Below are positions 30,485 through 56,932 of a stretch of DNA of 64,000 nucleotides, in pieces. The stretch covers positions 3,224,001-3,288,000 of the forward strand of contig OZ218962.1 in NCBI GenBank assembly GCA_965112735.1. Direction: 5' to 3'. The DNA is from Phaeosaccion multiseriatum (taxonomy: Eukaryota > Protista > Ochrophyta, other classes). The position numbers and the translations under genes were made by a program. The notes under the pieces are model-generated. The model saw nothing but the letters and a program-made list of their open reading frames with translations. It was not told the DNA's origin and ran no database searches. Each line of letters opens with the position of its first letter. Positions within the stretch are counted from its first letter, which is position 1.

Positions 30485-31482
30485 ATGTACGACCAACGAG
30501 TCCGCCAGACTTGGATATCAGACGGGGCGGGCGTGATGCAGCAGCAGCCTCCGGGCCGCTCCTTCTGGGCTGAAGATGAAGACGAAAAGCCTTCCCGGGT
30601 CAGGCTGGATGTGCTCACCTCCCTGTCCTGTCTCTGGGAAGAGCATGCTGCAGCCGTCTCACGCCGCCAAGGGGGGGACTTGTCGATGGATAAGCATGAC
30701 CAGGATGGGAGGCAGCGAATGCAGTCCCCCTCCAGCCAGGGGGCTCCGGGAACACCGGGGACGCCCCACAGGCCTAGACCTTCGCAGGCGAGAGTGCGAG
30801 GGAGAGGAGGAGGAGACGAGGGGGGGGGAGCCGGCTCCAGACGCGGAGGAGCTAAGCGTGGGTGGGGCGTGGTCGGAGGGGCGGGGGCTATACTTGGGGT
30901 GCGGCCGCAAAATGCGGGGCAGGGCACACCTTTACTGAGGTGAGACGCTGACGAGAGGCCACCGGCCTTGCCATCCCCCCCCCCACCTCTCTCTCCACCT
31001 CTCTCTCCCCGACAAGATCCCGAGGGAGAACTCCCCACTGGCGTTCGTTCCACCGCTCCCCGACTACCCCCCAACCCCCTCAAATCTCCCCCCCCCCCCC
31101 CCAAACAGGCGTCGCTCATCCTGGGGGCGGCTGACGTCGAGCAGCACTTCGAGCCTCATCGACCCCGAGGCCGTGCGCCAGTGGCAGGAGAAACTCAAGA
31201 GCAGGCTGCGCACCAGGCTCTTCCACTTGCCACAGGTCAGGCACGAGTCAGTGAGGCAGTGAGGCAGAATAAAGTCTAAGTGAAGCCTTGGGTTACAGAG
31301 AAAGAGGGAACATACCCACTTACGCTTAGGATGACAGAGCCTCGTCCTGACCCCCTCTGTTGCCCCGCCCCCCGCTGCAGGTGGTTCTGCAGAGGAAGCA
31401 GCAGGGCATCGCAGAGCAGCAGAAGCAGTTGGCGATACAGCAGCAGGGCATCGCAGACGAGCACAGCCGAAGACAGCAGCAT

Positions 31483-31531
<49 letters not shown>

Positions 31532-33217
31532 CGGCATCCAGCGACAGCCCTGGTAAAAGCGCGTCCAGCTGCCCCACGAGCGGGAGCGGCAGCGGCAGCA
31601 GCATGACCCTGTCTCCTCTCCGTGACGTCACGGCTTCCTCCCTGGGGTCCGCCCCGGACGCTGTGATGCCTGACGTGATGATGCCCGTGATGCCCGTGAT
31701 GCCCTTGATGCCTGACGTCATGACAGTGCCCGTCTCTCTCTCGAGCGAGAGTGTGGTCAGGGCCGCCATCGCGGGCGGTGGAGAGGGTGTGAGCATCACA
31801 GTGTCAGTACCCAAAGACGCCGCCGATGATAGCGTTGAGAAGAGCGTTGATGAGAGGTGTCGGGACCCCCCTCAGAGAGTGTCCAGCACGAGCGGCACGA
31901 GCAGGCGGCGCGGCTTCTACCTCATCGAGCTGCACTCCATCGTCGCCAACTTTGTGGAGTGGAAGCACCAACTGCCCAAGGTGGTGAGTGCGCGAGTCCT
32001 GGCACACCCCTGGGCCCAGTGTCTGCCGTCCACTGCCTTCCATAGTGGGCTGCTCCATCGCTCAAGGGATGCTTTCGTCCCTCTGAACGTGTACCAGGTA
32101 CTGTCCACTCACATTTCCGTCTCTGTCTTTCTCTGCCTCTCTCTCTCTCCCTCGTTTCTCCCTCTCTGCCTCTCTCTCTCTCTCCCCTCTCTTTCGCTCT
32201 TGTGCTATGTCTCTCTCTGTGTTTCTTCGCTCTCTGTCCCCCCCCCCCTCTCCCCGCCGCCCTCCTCCCGTCATCTATACATGGTATCAGGTGCCGTGCT
32301 TCCGGGTTGGCGACGACCGTGACGAGGTGGTGCTCGGCCTGCTGGCGTCCATGGGGTAAGTGCAAGAGAGGGAGCACTTTGGCCTCGGTGGTCATGAGCT
32401 CTCAGCACTGCATCCTCCGCTTCCTCCTCCTCCTCCGCCTCCTCCTCTCCTCCCCTTCCCCCCTTCCCCTTCCCCTTCCCCTGCTACTCACCCCACTCAG
32501 CTCAGCCCCTGCCTGCCCCTTTCCGACCCCTTTGACCACACTACCTGCAGGGTGCACTTACTGTGCAGCTCCCGCGTGGACGTGTTGGCGGCGTCGAGTG
32601 TGTTGGCAAATGCGCGAACATCCAACATGCCCGCCTACGGTGAGTGCGTGCATGGCAGGGCAGGGCAGGACAGTGGATGGCAGTGGATGGCATTGGATGG
32701 CAGTGGATGGCAGTGGATGGCAGGGGATGGCAGGGGATGACAGTGGATGGCAGGGCATGGCAGGGCATGGCAGTGGATGGCAGTGGATGGCAGTGGGTGG
32801 CAGTGCGTGGCAGTGGATGGGATGGTTGTTGATGGCGCATCAGTTCCGCCGCGGGAGAGATCGCTCGGCCATGTACACCTCACACCTTTCCTACCTCACA
32901 CCTCACACCGTACTTGATACCGTACATGGAGAATCGCGCACCGTGTGCCTGACTTTCTCACCCCCTCACTCTCTTACCTCCTCATCTCTCCTTTGTGCTG
33001 TGCCTGGTGCCTGCTGTGCCTGGTGCCTGATCTCTCCTTTGTGCTGTGCCTGGTGCCTGGTGTCAGGGCTGAGCGAGATGAGCGACATACACCCGCACCG
33101 GCCCTCCTCCATGCTGCTGCAGAGCGCCAACTGTGAGTGTCCCGTCAAGACCTTCGCTGTGGACTCAGTGGAGGAGGTGGAGCGCCTCGCACGCTGGCAC
33201 AAGAGGCAGGCCGCGGT

Positions 33218-33248
<31 letters not shown>

Positions 33249-35844
33249 AGGCAGGAGGAGACAGGGGGGGGCGAGGCTGCTGTGTCACCAACTGCTGCTT
33301 CTACTGCACCGTGGAGCTTGCTGATTCGGCTGCGGCGAAGCGTGCCCGACCCGACCAAGGGCTGCTTCCCCACCGGGGCGAGGCTGCAGGACGTGGCGGC
33401 AATCGCGGCGGCGGCGGCGAATGTATCACCAACTGGTGTATCACCAACTGGTGTATCGCCGGCGCCGTGGGGCGGCGTGCACGTGGCGGGGCTCATCGTG
33501 GACGTGGCTCCTGCCCTCAACGCCACTGCGGGAGAACAGGGAGGAGCGGGAGGAGGAGAGGAAGAGGGGGCGGGAGGTACAGCAGTTGGTGATACGGACT
33601 CTAACGGGGCGGAGCTGGAAAGGAGACTATGCTTGGAGCTGCAGCACGCGCGGAAGGTGAGGTGCCCGTGACAGACGTGGGGTGAGACTCTCACTTACGT
33701 ATGATTACGTGGGGGAAGTGTTGTTTGCTGCGCACCTCATCGTTTGCTTCTCCCCCTTGCTCCCTTGTCTCTCTGCCTGCCCATATGCTTGCCCATGCGC
33801 CTGCCCGTATGTCTGTCAGGCCTGGGACGTGCTCGCGTCGCTTCCCCCCCGGGGCCCCTCGAAACTGCTCGTGTGCGGGCTGGTGGCGGAGCGGCAGGGA
33901 GGAGAGCCCCCCCGGGCAAGCACCCTGCCCGCCCTCGGACAAGCGCTCTCAACGTACGTATTGGTGGTGGCACTTGCTTGGCTTCTTGCTTGCCTTCTTG
34001 CCTGCCTTCTTGCTTGCCTTCTTTCTTAGTCCTACTTTTGGGATACGTCTTCTCTCTTCCTACTCTTTCTGTGTGTGTATGTGGTTTTGCGTGTGTGTGC
34101 GTGTGTGTGTGTGTGCGCGTCACGGTCGTCCTCCCACCCCCCTCTCCTTGTGGGCCCACTTGTTGTAGAGGCTTGTGGGCTTGCTATGCACGTGGCATGA
34201 CTTGACAACTCTCCACACACCTCTTCCTCCTCTCTAGCTCCAGCTCAGCGTGCCTTAGGTAGTGTCCCCCCCCCCTGTATCTCCCAATCTCCGACCCCTC
34301 AGGCTGTTTCCTCCCTCGAGCGGGGCCACTGTGTATGCAGACGCGTCGGAGCACCTCATGACGGGGGGATGCTCCATCATCGCCTCCATCATAGGCAAGT
34401 AAGGGGGGGATGGATGGCAGTCTATTGGCGCTGCTGCTTCATACTTATTGCTCATGCCCTTGCTTCTTCTCTCTGTGCTGTGGTGCTGCAGGTCAGAAGC
34501 CCTGCGACGCGCTGAGCGTCGGCAAAGCAGCCCCCACAGGAGCCTTAGGAGCCGAAGGAGCAACTGAAGCTTCATTGCCTGGGTCAAGGCCGACAGACAA
34601 CGCCACTGCGGTTTCCGAGGGCTGGATGTACTACATCGACGACGGCTGCTACGGCTCCATGGGCAGCGTGGCGCTGCTGGGCAGACAGCTCGAACCAAGG
34701 CCCCTCGTGGGCACCGACAAGGGCTACAACGCACGCTGTCGCTTCGGCCGAGGCGCCTGTCGGGGCAGCACCAGCAGCAACACCAGCACCAGCACCAGCA
34801 GTGGGAGGAGAACGAGGAGGAGGGGGAGGAGCGGCTCTGAGGGAATGGCCAGGGGGCGATGCCGCTGCCGGCCGGGCCAGGTGCTCAGGCCGAGGAAGGG
34901 GGAGCCCCTGAGCCACTTTGAAGCCCCCTTTGAAGCAGTGGACACTGCGGTATCACAATCTGCTGCAGCTGCTGCTGCCCATGTTCCTGTGAGGGATGGA
35001 AGAGGGGCCAGCGGAAGTCATATGGGCACTGCCGGCATTGTGCTGTCCTCTGAGTCATCCGACAGAGTCCCAGACAGACAGAGCTCTCAACAAAGAGGAG
35101 CCTCGGAAACCCGTCTACCAGACCCCCTTTCAGCCCCCCCTTCTGTTCCATTTCTCGAGCTGGAGAGTCTTGACCCTGTGGAGAAGCCCCCTCTCTATTC
35201 CGTTGACCCCCCACGGCCTGTCGCTTTTCCACGGACGAAGGAGGAGGAGGACGACGACGAGGAGGAGGAGCAGGAGGAGGAGCAGGAGGAAGGAAAAGAG
35301 CAGGAGGGTGAAGAGCAGGACGGTGAAGAGCAGCGGGAGGAGGAACAAGCAGAGGCGAAGGAGGAAGAAGAGAAGGAGGAGGAGGAAGAAGAGAAGGAGG
35401 AAGAGCAGCAGCAGCAGGAGGAGGAGGAGGAGGAGGAGGAGGAGGCGGTGGTGCCGTGTACTGTGTGGGGCCCTACGTGCGATGGGCTTGACTGCGTGGC
35501 GCGGCTGACACTGCTTCCCCGGATGGGGGAGGGGGATTGGCTCGTCTTCCCGGACATGGCGCTGAAGGTCAGGCTCAGGCATCGGGGTTAGAGGGTCAGG
35601 GTCAGGGTCAAGGCCAGGGTCAGAGTCGGAGCCGGGGTCAGGGTCAGAGTCAGGCCCAAAGTCAAGGCCTCCTCCTCCCCTCCTCGCATGCCCCTGTATC
35701 CCCCTTCCGTCTCATCTGCCTCCAAACCTCCACCACCCCCCCCCCCCCCATACGCCTCCATCGCAGAGCACCTCCCGCGGCACGGCCTTCAACGGCCTCC
35801 CCCCCATCGACGTTGTGTATTGCGTGAGGCAGCGCAACCCCTGA
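30485..35844 (+). CDS. Ornithine decarboxylase homolog lacking PLP-binding residues (antizyme-inhibitor-like pseudoenzyme)
   Basis: Fold-type III blocks GFYLIELHSIVANFVEWKHQLPKV|VPCFRVGDD, FAVDSVEEVERL, LLIRL, LFPPSSGATVYADASE, MYYIDDGCYGSM, CTVWGPTCDGLDCV, GDWLVFPDM and TAFNG. The start is uncertain (30422, 30485 or 30536). Confidence 0.8.
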
Positions 35845-36008
35845 CACCTGACACCGAGTACTGCAACCCCTGACACCTGACACCGAGTACTGCAACCCCT
35901 GACACCTGACACCGAGTACTGCAACCCCTGACACTTGACACCGAGTACTGCAACCCCTGACACCCGACACCGAGTACTGCAACCCCTGACACCCGACACT
36001 GAGTACTG
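35833..36008 (+). repeat. 29-bp minisatellite x6 overlapping the stop codon of the ODC-like gene
   Basis: Unit gcaacccctgacacctgacaccgagtact. Confidence 0.92.
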
Positions 36009-36763
36009 GGTGCGGCTATTCACACACACGAAACACACCGCCCTGTCGATGTTCCGCCGTGTTGGGTATAGCACTTGGGAATGCCATGGTAGTACAGCTA
36101 TGCTGTGTGAGACATTTAGGGTTGGGTTTCAGTGCAGACACGCGCTGCATTGTGGTACCGCGCAGTGCTTGTCTTGTGAAGGACTGATGGACTGGTCCTG
36201 GACTGGTCCATCGCAGTGCCCAGGGCTGTTTTACGGGTCAGTCAGATGGGGCTTGCTCGAAGGGGGGGGCTGAAAATGCCCAGCTCCAACGGTACATGCA
36301 CGAAACAGAGAAGGGCTGAGAAGGGCTGAGAAGGTCATTTGTGTCCCCTCTTCTTCCTCTTTTGATCTCTTTCTTGCTAGTTGAATGCCATTGGAGGCGA
36401 ATGCCATGGCTGCTACGGGCATATCTTTCACGCTGTTCATACCATCTATGGTTGCCTAAAAGTAACGCCTCACTGGTCCGAGAATCAAGTTGAGGTGTTG
36501 GTGCTCCAGATTCAGATTCACAGCTACGCCTTAACCGTCGAGGCGCTTTTTTTGGCAGTGGGGAAATACAAGTGCCACAGCATCAACTCCGCGTTACTGA
36601 CCGAGAAACGGTACCGAGAAACTGTGCAGAAGGAAGGTCCTGCAGTGTTTGAGCAGAAGGTACCATGAAGGTTGCTTGAGAGGAGGATTACATTGAAAAT
36701 CTCCTTTTAAAGATTGAGCCGAGGCGATTGTAAGCTGAGTAGGGGAGCACTTTGGAGGCCAGC

Positions 36764-37140
36764 ATGGCGGACTTAGTCGGAGAGGCTGCCCAATCCCTAG
36801 AAGTCTCTACCCGTAGCACTGGAAGCGGTGAGATGACTCCGCGGAGGGTCTCGGCGACGAAGCAGAAGAGGGACAGCCAGAGCAGACTGGACTCGGCCAC
36901 GCAAACACTCGCCAGTCCGCCCAAGGCCACCACCAGCTCCATGCGTAAAAGCTTCGTGGACGACGTGGGCGTGAGCTACGCTCTAAGGATAGACAAGGTG
37001 CTCGACTGCGGCAAGACGGAGGTCTTCGGCCTCAGGTGAGCAGAAGCATTTGCAGGGAGGGGATGGTGGGGGGGAGATGGTAGTGCATGAGGGCGCAGGT
37101 CAGGGGGGAGGGAGGGAAGGAGAGGGGGGACATGGGCGAC

Positions 37141-37211
<71 letters not shown>

Positions 37212-40200
37212 CAGCAGGGAGGGAAGGAGGGATGCTCGTGGCCCTCCTTTCGAGTGTGAGGGAATCCCTCGTGGCGGGGCTTTGTACTTCGGGCTGGGCC
37301 TCTGCTTCTCGTGCACCACCCAACCTAGGCCCGCTGGGAGAAACTCCTGCTCAATGTATGACGTCAAGGAAAGTTGACTCCCTCCCTCCCCCCCTCCGTC
37401 CCTCCCTCACTGTTGCGTCCCTGCGCCGTGTAGATACTCGGAGAGCGGCAGGTACCTGGTGGCGGCCCTGGGGGATGGCACCCTACAGGCCATCAACACC
37501 TCCGATGGCTCCCTGTTACCCAAGCAGGCGCAGGCAGGGCCCAATGAGGGCAAGGATGGGGAGCCCACGCCGAAGCGACACCCCATGGCCACGGCCCAGG
37601 CGCAGCACTTGCTGGATGTCAATGGCGTGTCACCCCTGGGTCGCCTTCCCTGCACGTGCCTCGACTTCCGCCCCAACCCGGACGGAACCAGGACGGCGAA
37701 CGTGCTGGCGGCGGGGAGGGCCGAGTAAGTCAGTGAATGTGCCTCTTGCTGCCGTATGTATGTTGGGAACCTTACGTGCTGACTGCGAGAGCGTCAGGGA
37801 GTGGCAGAGGGACTCCCGCTCGGGGTGGTTGCATGTACGTCCTGTTCTGTGAAGCGCTGTCCTCTCTGCTGGCGCAATTGCTCCCTTCCGCCCGCTAACT
37901 TGTGTGCGTTTGTTTGATTGTGTATGTGTGTGTGCGTGTGTGTGTGTGTGCGGCTGTGCGGTCAGTGGGGAGATGGAGCTGTGGCACGTGCCGTCCAACA
38001 AGACGCTCCACACCACGCAGGTGTACAGGAGTAGCGGTGAGTGAGTGAGTGAGGGAGGAAGGGAGGAAGGGCGGAAGGGAGGCCGAGCCCCCTCTCCTCG
38101 CTGCCCTCCCCTCACGAACGGTCCGCGATCGCTCCTCGAAATGGCCCCACGCACCCCCCCCGCTTGTCTTCAGAGTCCGAGGAGCGAGTGCAACTGCTAA
38201 GCCTGGCCTGGGCGAGGGACGCTTCACAGATGGCGGTGGGGGGGGATGATGGCATCGTGCGCCTGCTCGACGGGGAGGTAAGGGCAGAGTAGAGGCATAA
38301 GGGGCATAGGGGGCATAAAGACATTAGACAGTAGAGGCGTATGGGCATTAGACAGTAGAGGCGTATGGGCATTAGACAACAGAGGCGTATGGGCATTAGA
38401 CAGTAGAGGCGTATGGGCGTTAGACAGTAGAGGCGTATGGGCATTAGACAGTAGAGGCGTATGGGCGTAAGACAACAGAGGCGTATGACTCAGAGCATCA
38501 CCCACTCCAGTGCTCAGTGCTCAGTGCTTGTGAGGGCTTAAGCGCTAGGGTTAGGGTAGGGCTCGAGTGTCCCTTTGTGCCGAGGGCTCATCAGGCCGGG
38601 CTCTTAGGGTTAGGCTAACTCGAGCATTGACGACCGCCTCCATCCACCCATTGTGTGACGTCACCCCCGCCCCCCGCCGGGCCTGTCCTCCCTCAGACGC
38701 TGGAGGAGGCAGGGCAGCTGAAGGCGGGGCGGGGGAGGGGAAGCATCTCGGGGGGGGGCAACCCCGGACACTCCTCGCGCGTGTTCTCCGTCAAGTACTT
38801 CCCCGAGGGGGGCGGCGCGTCGCAACTCGCCTCTGCAGGATGGGACAACTGCGTGCACGTGAGTTTGAGTTTGAGTTTGCAGCGCTGTGAGAAGTTCGTT
38901 AGTTAGTACGGCAGTGAGGTATTAGCACAGGCACACACAGGCAGCTTCGCAGAGCATCATCGCGTGGCCGTGCAGCGCCGCTGGGAAGCGTCCCCTTCAA
39001 AGTCCTGCCCGCCGAACGCCTTTGTCTCCTCCCCCCCTACTACCTACTAACATGGACTAACTAACAGCTGTGGGATGTGCTCTAACTAACACTCTAACTA
39101 ACAGCTGTGGGATGTGCGGCAGAGGGCCTCCACGCTCACCATCTTCGGGCCACACGTGTGCGGTGACGCACTTGACCTCTCCGACGACGGGCAAGACCTC
39201 CTCACGGGCAGCTGGAGGGAGGAGGACCAGCTGCAGGTCAGGCCAGGAGGAAGGGGGGTGTAATGCCTGGTGTCAGGGCGTCAGGGCAGTGGCGAGGAGC
39301 TGGTGGCAGGGTGGGCGGGGGCAGGCAGGCAGGCAGGCCGTCATTCAGTCATTCAGTCGGTCAGTCAGTCGGTTAGTCAGTGCATCAGTCAGTGAGACAG
39401 GCAGTGATATGCAGAAGGCCTCAGCATTGGATGTTTCCTTGTCCCCCACCCCCTGCCCATGCACTGCCATCCCCCACCCCCTGCCCATGCACTGCCATCC
39501 CCATCCCCTGCAGATTTGGGACAGGCGCACGGGCAAGCTTCGCGAAACGATCAAGTGGGGCGCGCAGATGGCAGCCGACGGGGGAAGGTCCGTGTGTCCG
39601 TGAGCCTCTGTATGTCTATGTATGCCTCTAGCATGCAGTCTCCAGCCCCTACTGCGTGCCGTCTAGTGCCATCTGAAGCATCTCTGTCCTGATCCCCCTG
39701 TATCACCAACTGCTGTGCCGCAGCGTTTCGTGCCGCCTGTACGCGGCGTGCTTCAGCCACACCAACGAGAGGGCGGCTTCGGGGATGGCAGCCGACAGCA
39801 GGTTCATCGCCGCGGGAGGGGGAGATGGAGTCAGCGAGTGCAAGGTGGGTGGGTGGGCCTTTCTTTCTCTACCCCTCTCGCTCCCTCCCTATATTCCTCC
39901 AACCTTCTCACCTCCTCCCCTCCTCCCCCTCCCTCGCCGACAATGCACCTTTCTATCTGACCATCTTACCCCTCACATGTACTTGATCTCTCTCTAACCC
40001 CTCTTACCCCTCACATGTACTTGATCTCTGTCTCTCTTACCATCTTACCCCTCTTTCTATCTGACCATCTTCTAACCCCTCACATGTACTTGATCTCTCT
40101 GTAACCCCTCACATGTACTTGATCTCTTTCTATCTGACCATCTAACCCCTCTTTCTATCTGACCATCTTCTAACCCCTCACATGTACTTGACCTCTTTCT

Positions 40201-40442
40201 ATCTGACCATCTTACCCCTCTTTCTATCTGACCATCTTCTAACCCCTCAGGTCTTCCACCACCACAAGTCCAACGCTCTCATCGGCTCTGTGCTGGGCCT
40301 GCAGGGGGGCGTCATGAGCCTTCAGTTCCACCCAGAGGGAGGCCAGAGCCTCGCCATCGGCAGCGGGGGGGGGACGGTGCACATTGTTGACATAGTGGAG
40401 AGGGACCCCGACACAGCCGCGGGGGGGATGCTCATGGCGTGA
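36764..40442 (+). CDS. WD40-repeat protein
   Basis: Multi-exon gene encoding VFGLR|YSESGRYLVAALGDG, LPCTCLDFRP, ELWHVPS, AVGGDDGIVRLLD, GHSSRVFSVKY..LASAGWDNCVH|LWDVR, IFGPHVCGDALD and LLTGSWREEDQLQ|IWD. Confidence 0.85.
38320..38487 (+). repeat. 24-bp minisatellite (cattagacagtagaggcgtatggg) just after a WD40 intron donor
   Basis: Directly visible. Confidence 0.9.
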
Positions 40443-40877
40443 GGGAGGGAGGAGGGAGGGCATCGACTCGGAAAGTAGGGCAGTGCGACTCAGAAAATCG
40501 ATTGGGCAGGACGACGCTCCAAATATAGGGCAGAGGGGAGCGAGGATTCGACCCTTTTCGAGGGGAGAGGGGCTCGAGATTCAGAGTAGAGGGTCTCGAT
40601 ATTCAGAGTAGAGGGGCTCGACATAGGACATGTACACTGGAGTGTGGAGGGGGTTAACGGAGGCTCAGAGGAAATCACCTCGAGAAAATAAGACGAGCTT
40701 GCGATTGTTCTACACACAAACAAGACAATCGGGACGGCAGCAGACGGCACTGATACTGCTTGCTTTATATGCCCTGCCATTCTGCGCAGTCAAGAAGCAA
40801 ACAACAACACAGCAGGGTAGCGCGGATATCCTTCCTTCACCTCAGCCACGCTACCCTTACTTAAGGCTTGGATACCC

Positions 40878-55046
<14,169 letters not shown>

Positions 55047-55471
55047 GGTGTAGCTTGTTGTCGTCTCTTTCTATGCAGGCACCTTGCTCGGACTAGAAAT
55101 GCGCACCCCGTCGGTCATGTGGTGGCTCTTGCCTACGCAATGCAGTGGTGCATGCAGACCTCTGAGCCTCTATCCCTCCTGCTTCTGTTTTTTTTCTCTC
55201 TCGCCTCCTCCTTTCCAGAAAACGTAACCGTAAAAAAGTGCCAGTTTGATAATTAAAGGGGTGGTCAAACGTGGTCAAAGTCAGCGTCAAGTGGCATTAA
55301 TACGAAGCGTCAAAAGTGCCACACAACTCCCCCCCCCCCCCAAAACACATTGGTCTATAAAATACATAAAATAAATTATCATCTATGCTCTTGGAGCAGT
55401 GGCCTGCCCTTATGGCCTGCCCTTACTGACAGCGCCCCTTCTCTCTGCCCATATGCCTCCTCTGGTTACAG

Positions 55472-56900
55472 TTACAGTCGGTGCAGGATCTTCACCACCT
55501 CCTCGAAGGAGGGCCGCACATTCGGGTTCTGAGGGGGGGAGGGGGGGGCAGCAGATGGCACCATATGGCAGCAACAGGGAACGTTAGTCGCAGCACTGCT
55601 CAGCAGGGGACAGGAGAGCCTACACTTTGCTACATTCACTGCCTTACCGTGTGCCAGCAGCGCTGCATGAGCTTGGCGGTGTTGGCAGGGCACGACGAGG
55701 GGATGCGTGGACGCTCTTGGCGGTTCAGCACCGCCGCCACCACCTGGCAGTGAGCAGGGCACACAGTAGGGAACAGTCAGTCAGTCAGTCAGTCAGTCAG
55801 TCAGTCAGGCCGTGAATCAGGCGTCAGTGACTCAGGCAGCAACGAAGGGCTAGTAACTCAGTAAGTCAGTGAATCAGTACCTGCACGGGCTGCATGCCGC
55901 CGTAGGGGATTTCGCGTGTGTAAATCTCCCACAGGATGATGCCGAAGCTGAACACGTCGGCCTTCTCCGTGTAGTGCTGCGAGTTGATGACTTCTGGTGC
56001 CATCCAATGGTACGTGCCCGCCTGCCCCGTCATCTTCTCTGAGGCGGAGGTGGCTTTGAAGCGGCTCAACCCGAAGTCCGTCACCTGTCGCGGAGAGAGA
56101 GAGAGAGAGAGAGAGGTGTGTTGAGGAGACAGAGGTGAATCAACGTGCATGATGCAACCCAAGCAACACCTCCTCACAAATGGCGTACCTTGGTGACCCA
56201 ATGCTCGTCGATGAGCACGTTGAGGCTCTTGAGGTCCCTGTGGATGATGACGGGGTTTTGATTGTGCAAGTAGCGCATGCCCTCCGCAGTGTCCAGTGCC
56301 ATCCTCCGCTTGTGCACCCACTCGAGCCGTACGTCCCTGTCTGCCAGCAGGGCCATGAGGTTCCCTCTGCTGCAGTACTCCATGACGCACGTGACGGGCT
56401 GCACGGTGGTGGCCACGAGCGTGATGATGTTCTTGTGCCTGAGGCGGCGCAGGAGGGCGCACTCGGTCTTGAAGTCCTTGAGAGTCTTCTCAATGGGCCC
56501 TCCGCCGCCACCCACAAGCTTCTTCACCGCCACCTCGTTGCCCCTGGGGGGGGAGGGATCGAGAGAGGAGAGGGGAAGAGAAGAGAAGGGCTTCAGTCAT
56601 TGGGAAGGACGGGGGTGGGGCAACACGCCACATCAACTAATGCCCTGCGTCTCTTGCAAGAGCCTCTCCTCTCCTCTCCTCTCCTCTCCTCTCCTCTCCT
56701 CTCGCCTCCCTCCCTGCCTCACCTGTAGATTCCCTTGAACACGAGCGCGAACGCCCCTGCCCCAAGCACCCCTGTGAGGCGCAGCTCGGTATTGAAGTCC
56801 ACCACCCCGCCCTGCGCATGGAAGAAAGCGACGAGGTCCGTGAAGGCGGCGCGCCCCCCCGGGGTCAGGCGCTCCTTCCAGGGCTCGTGTCTGGCAGAGG

Positions 56901-56932
<32 letters not shown>

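Noticed and set aside
30422-30943. Polyamine-sensing uORF ahead of the ODC homolog
   Set aside because: The ORF splices in frame into the main CDS (intron ~30940-31108), and no PPW-type motif was seen
36231-36668. Short lower-GC ORFs upstream of the WD40 gene
   Set aside because: No motifs or splice support; likely promoter or intergenic
38545-38615. TTAGGG-like telomeric repeats (also ~54535-54600, ~58845, and AAACCCTAA at 10821)
   Set aside because: Only 1-2 degenerate units each, too few to call an interstitial telomere or telo-box
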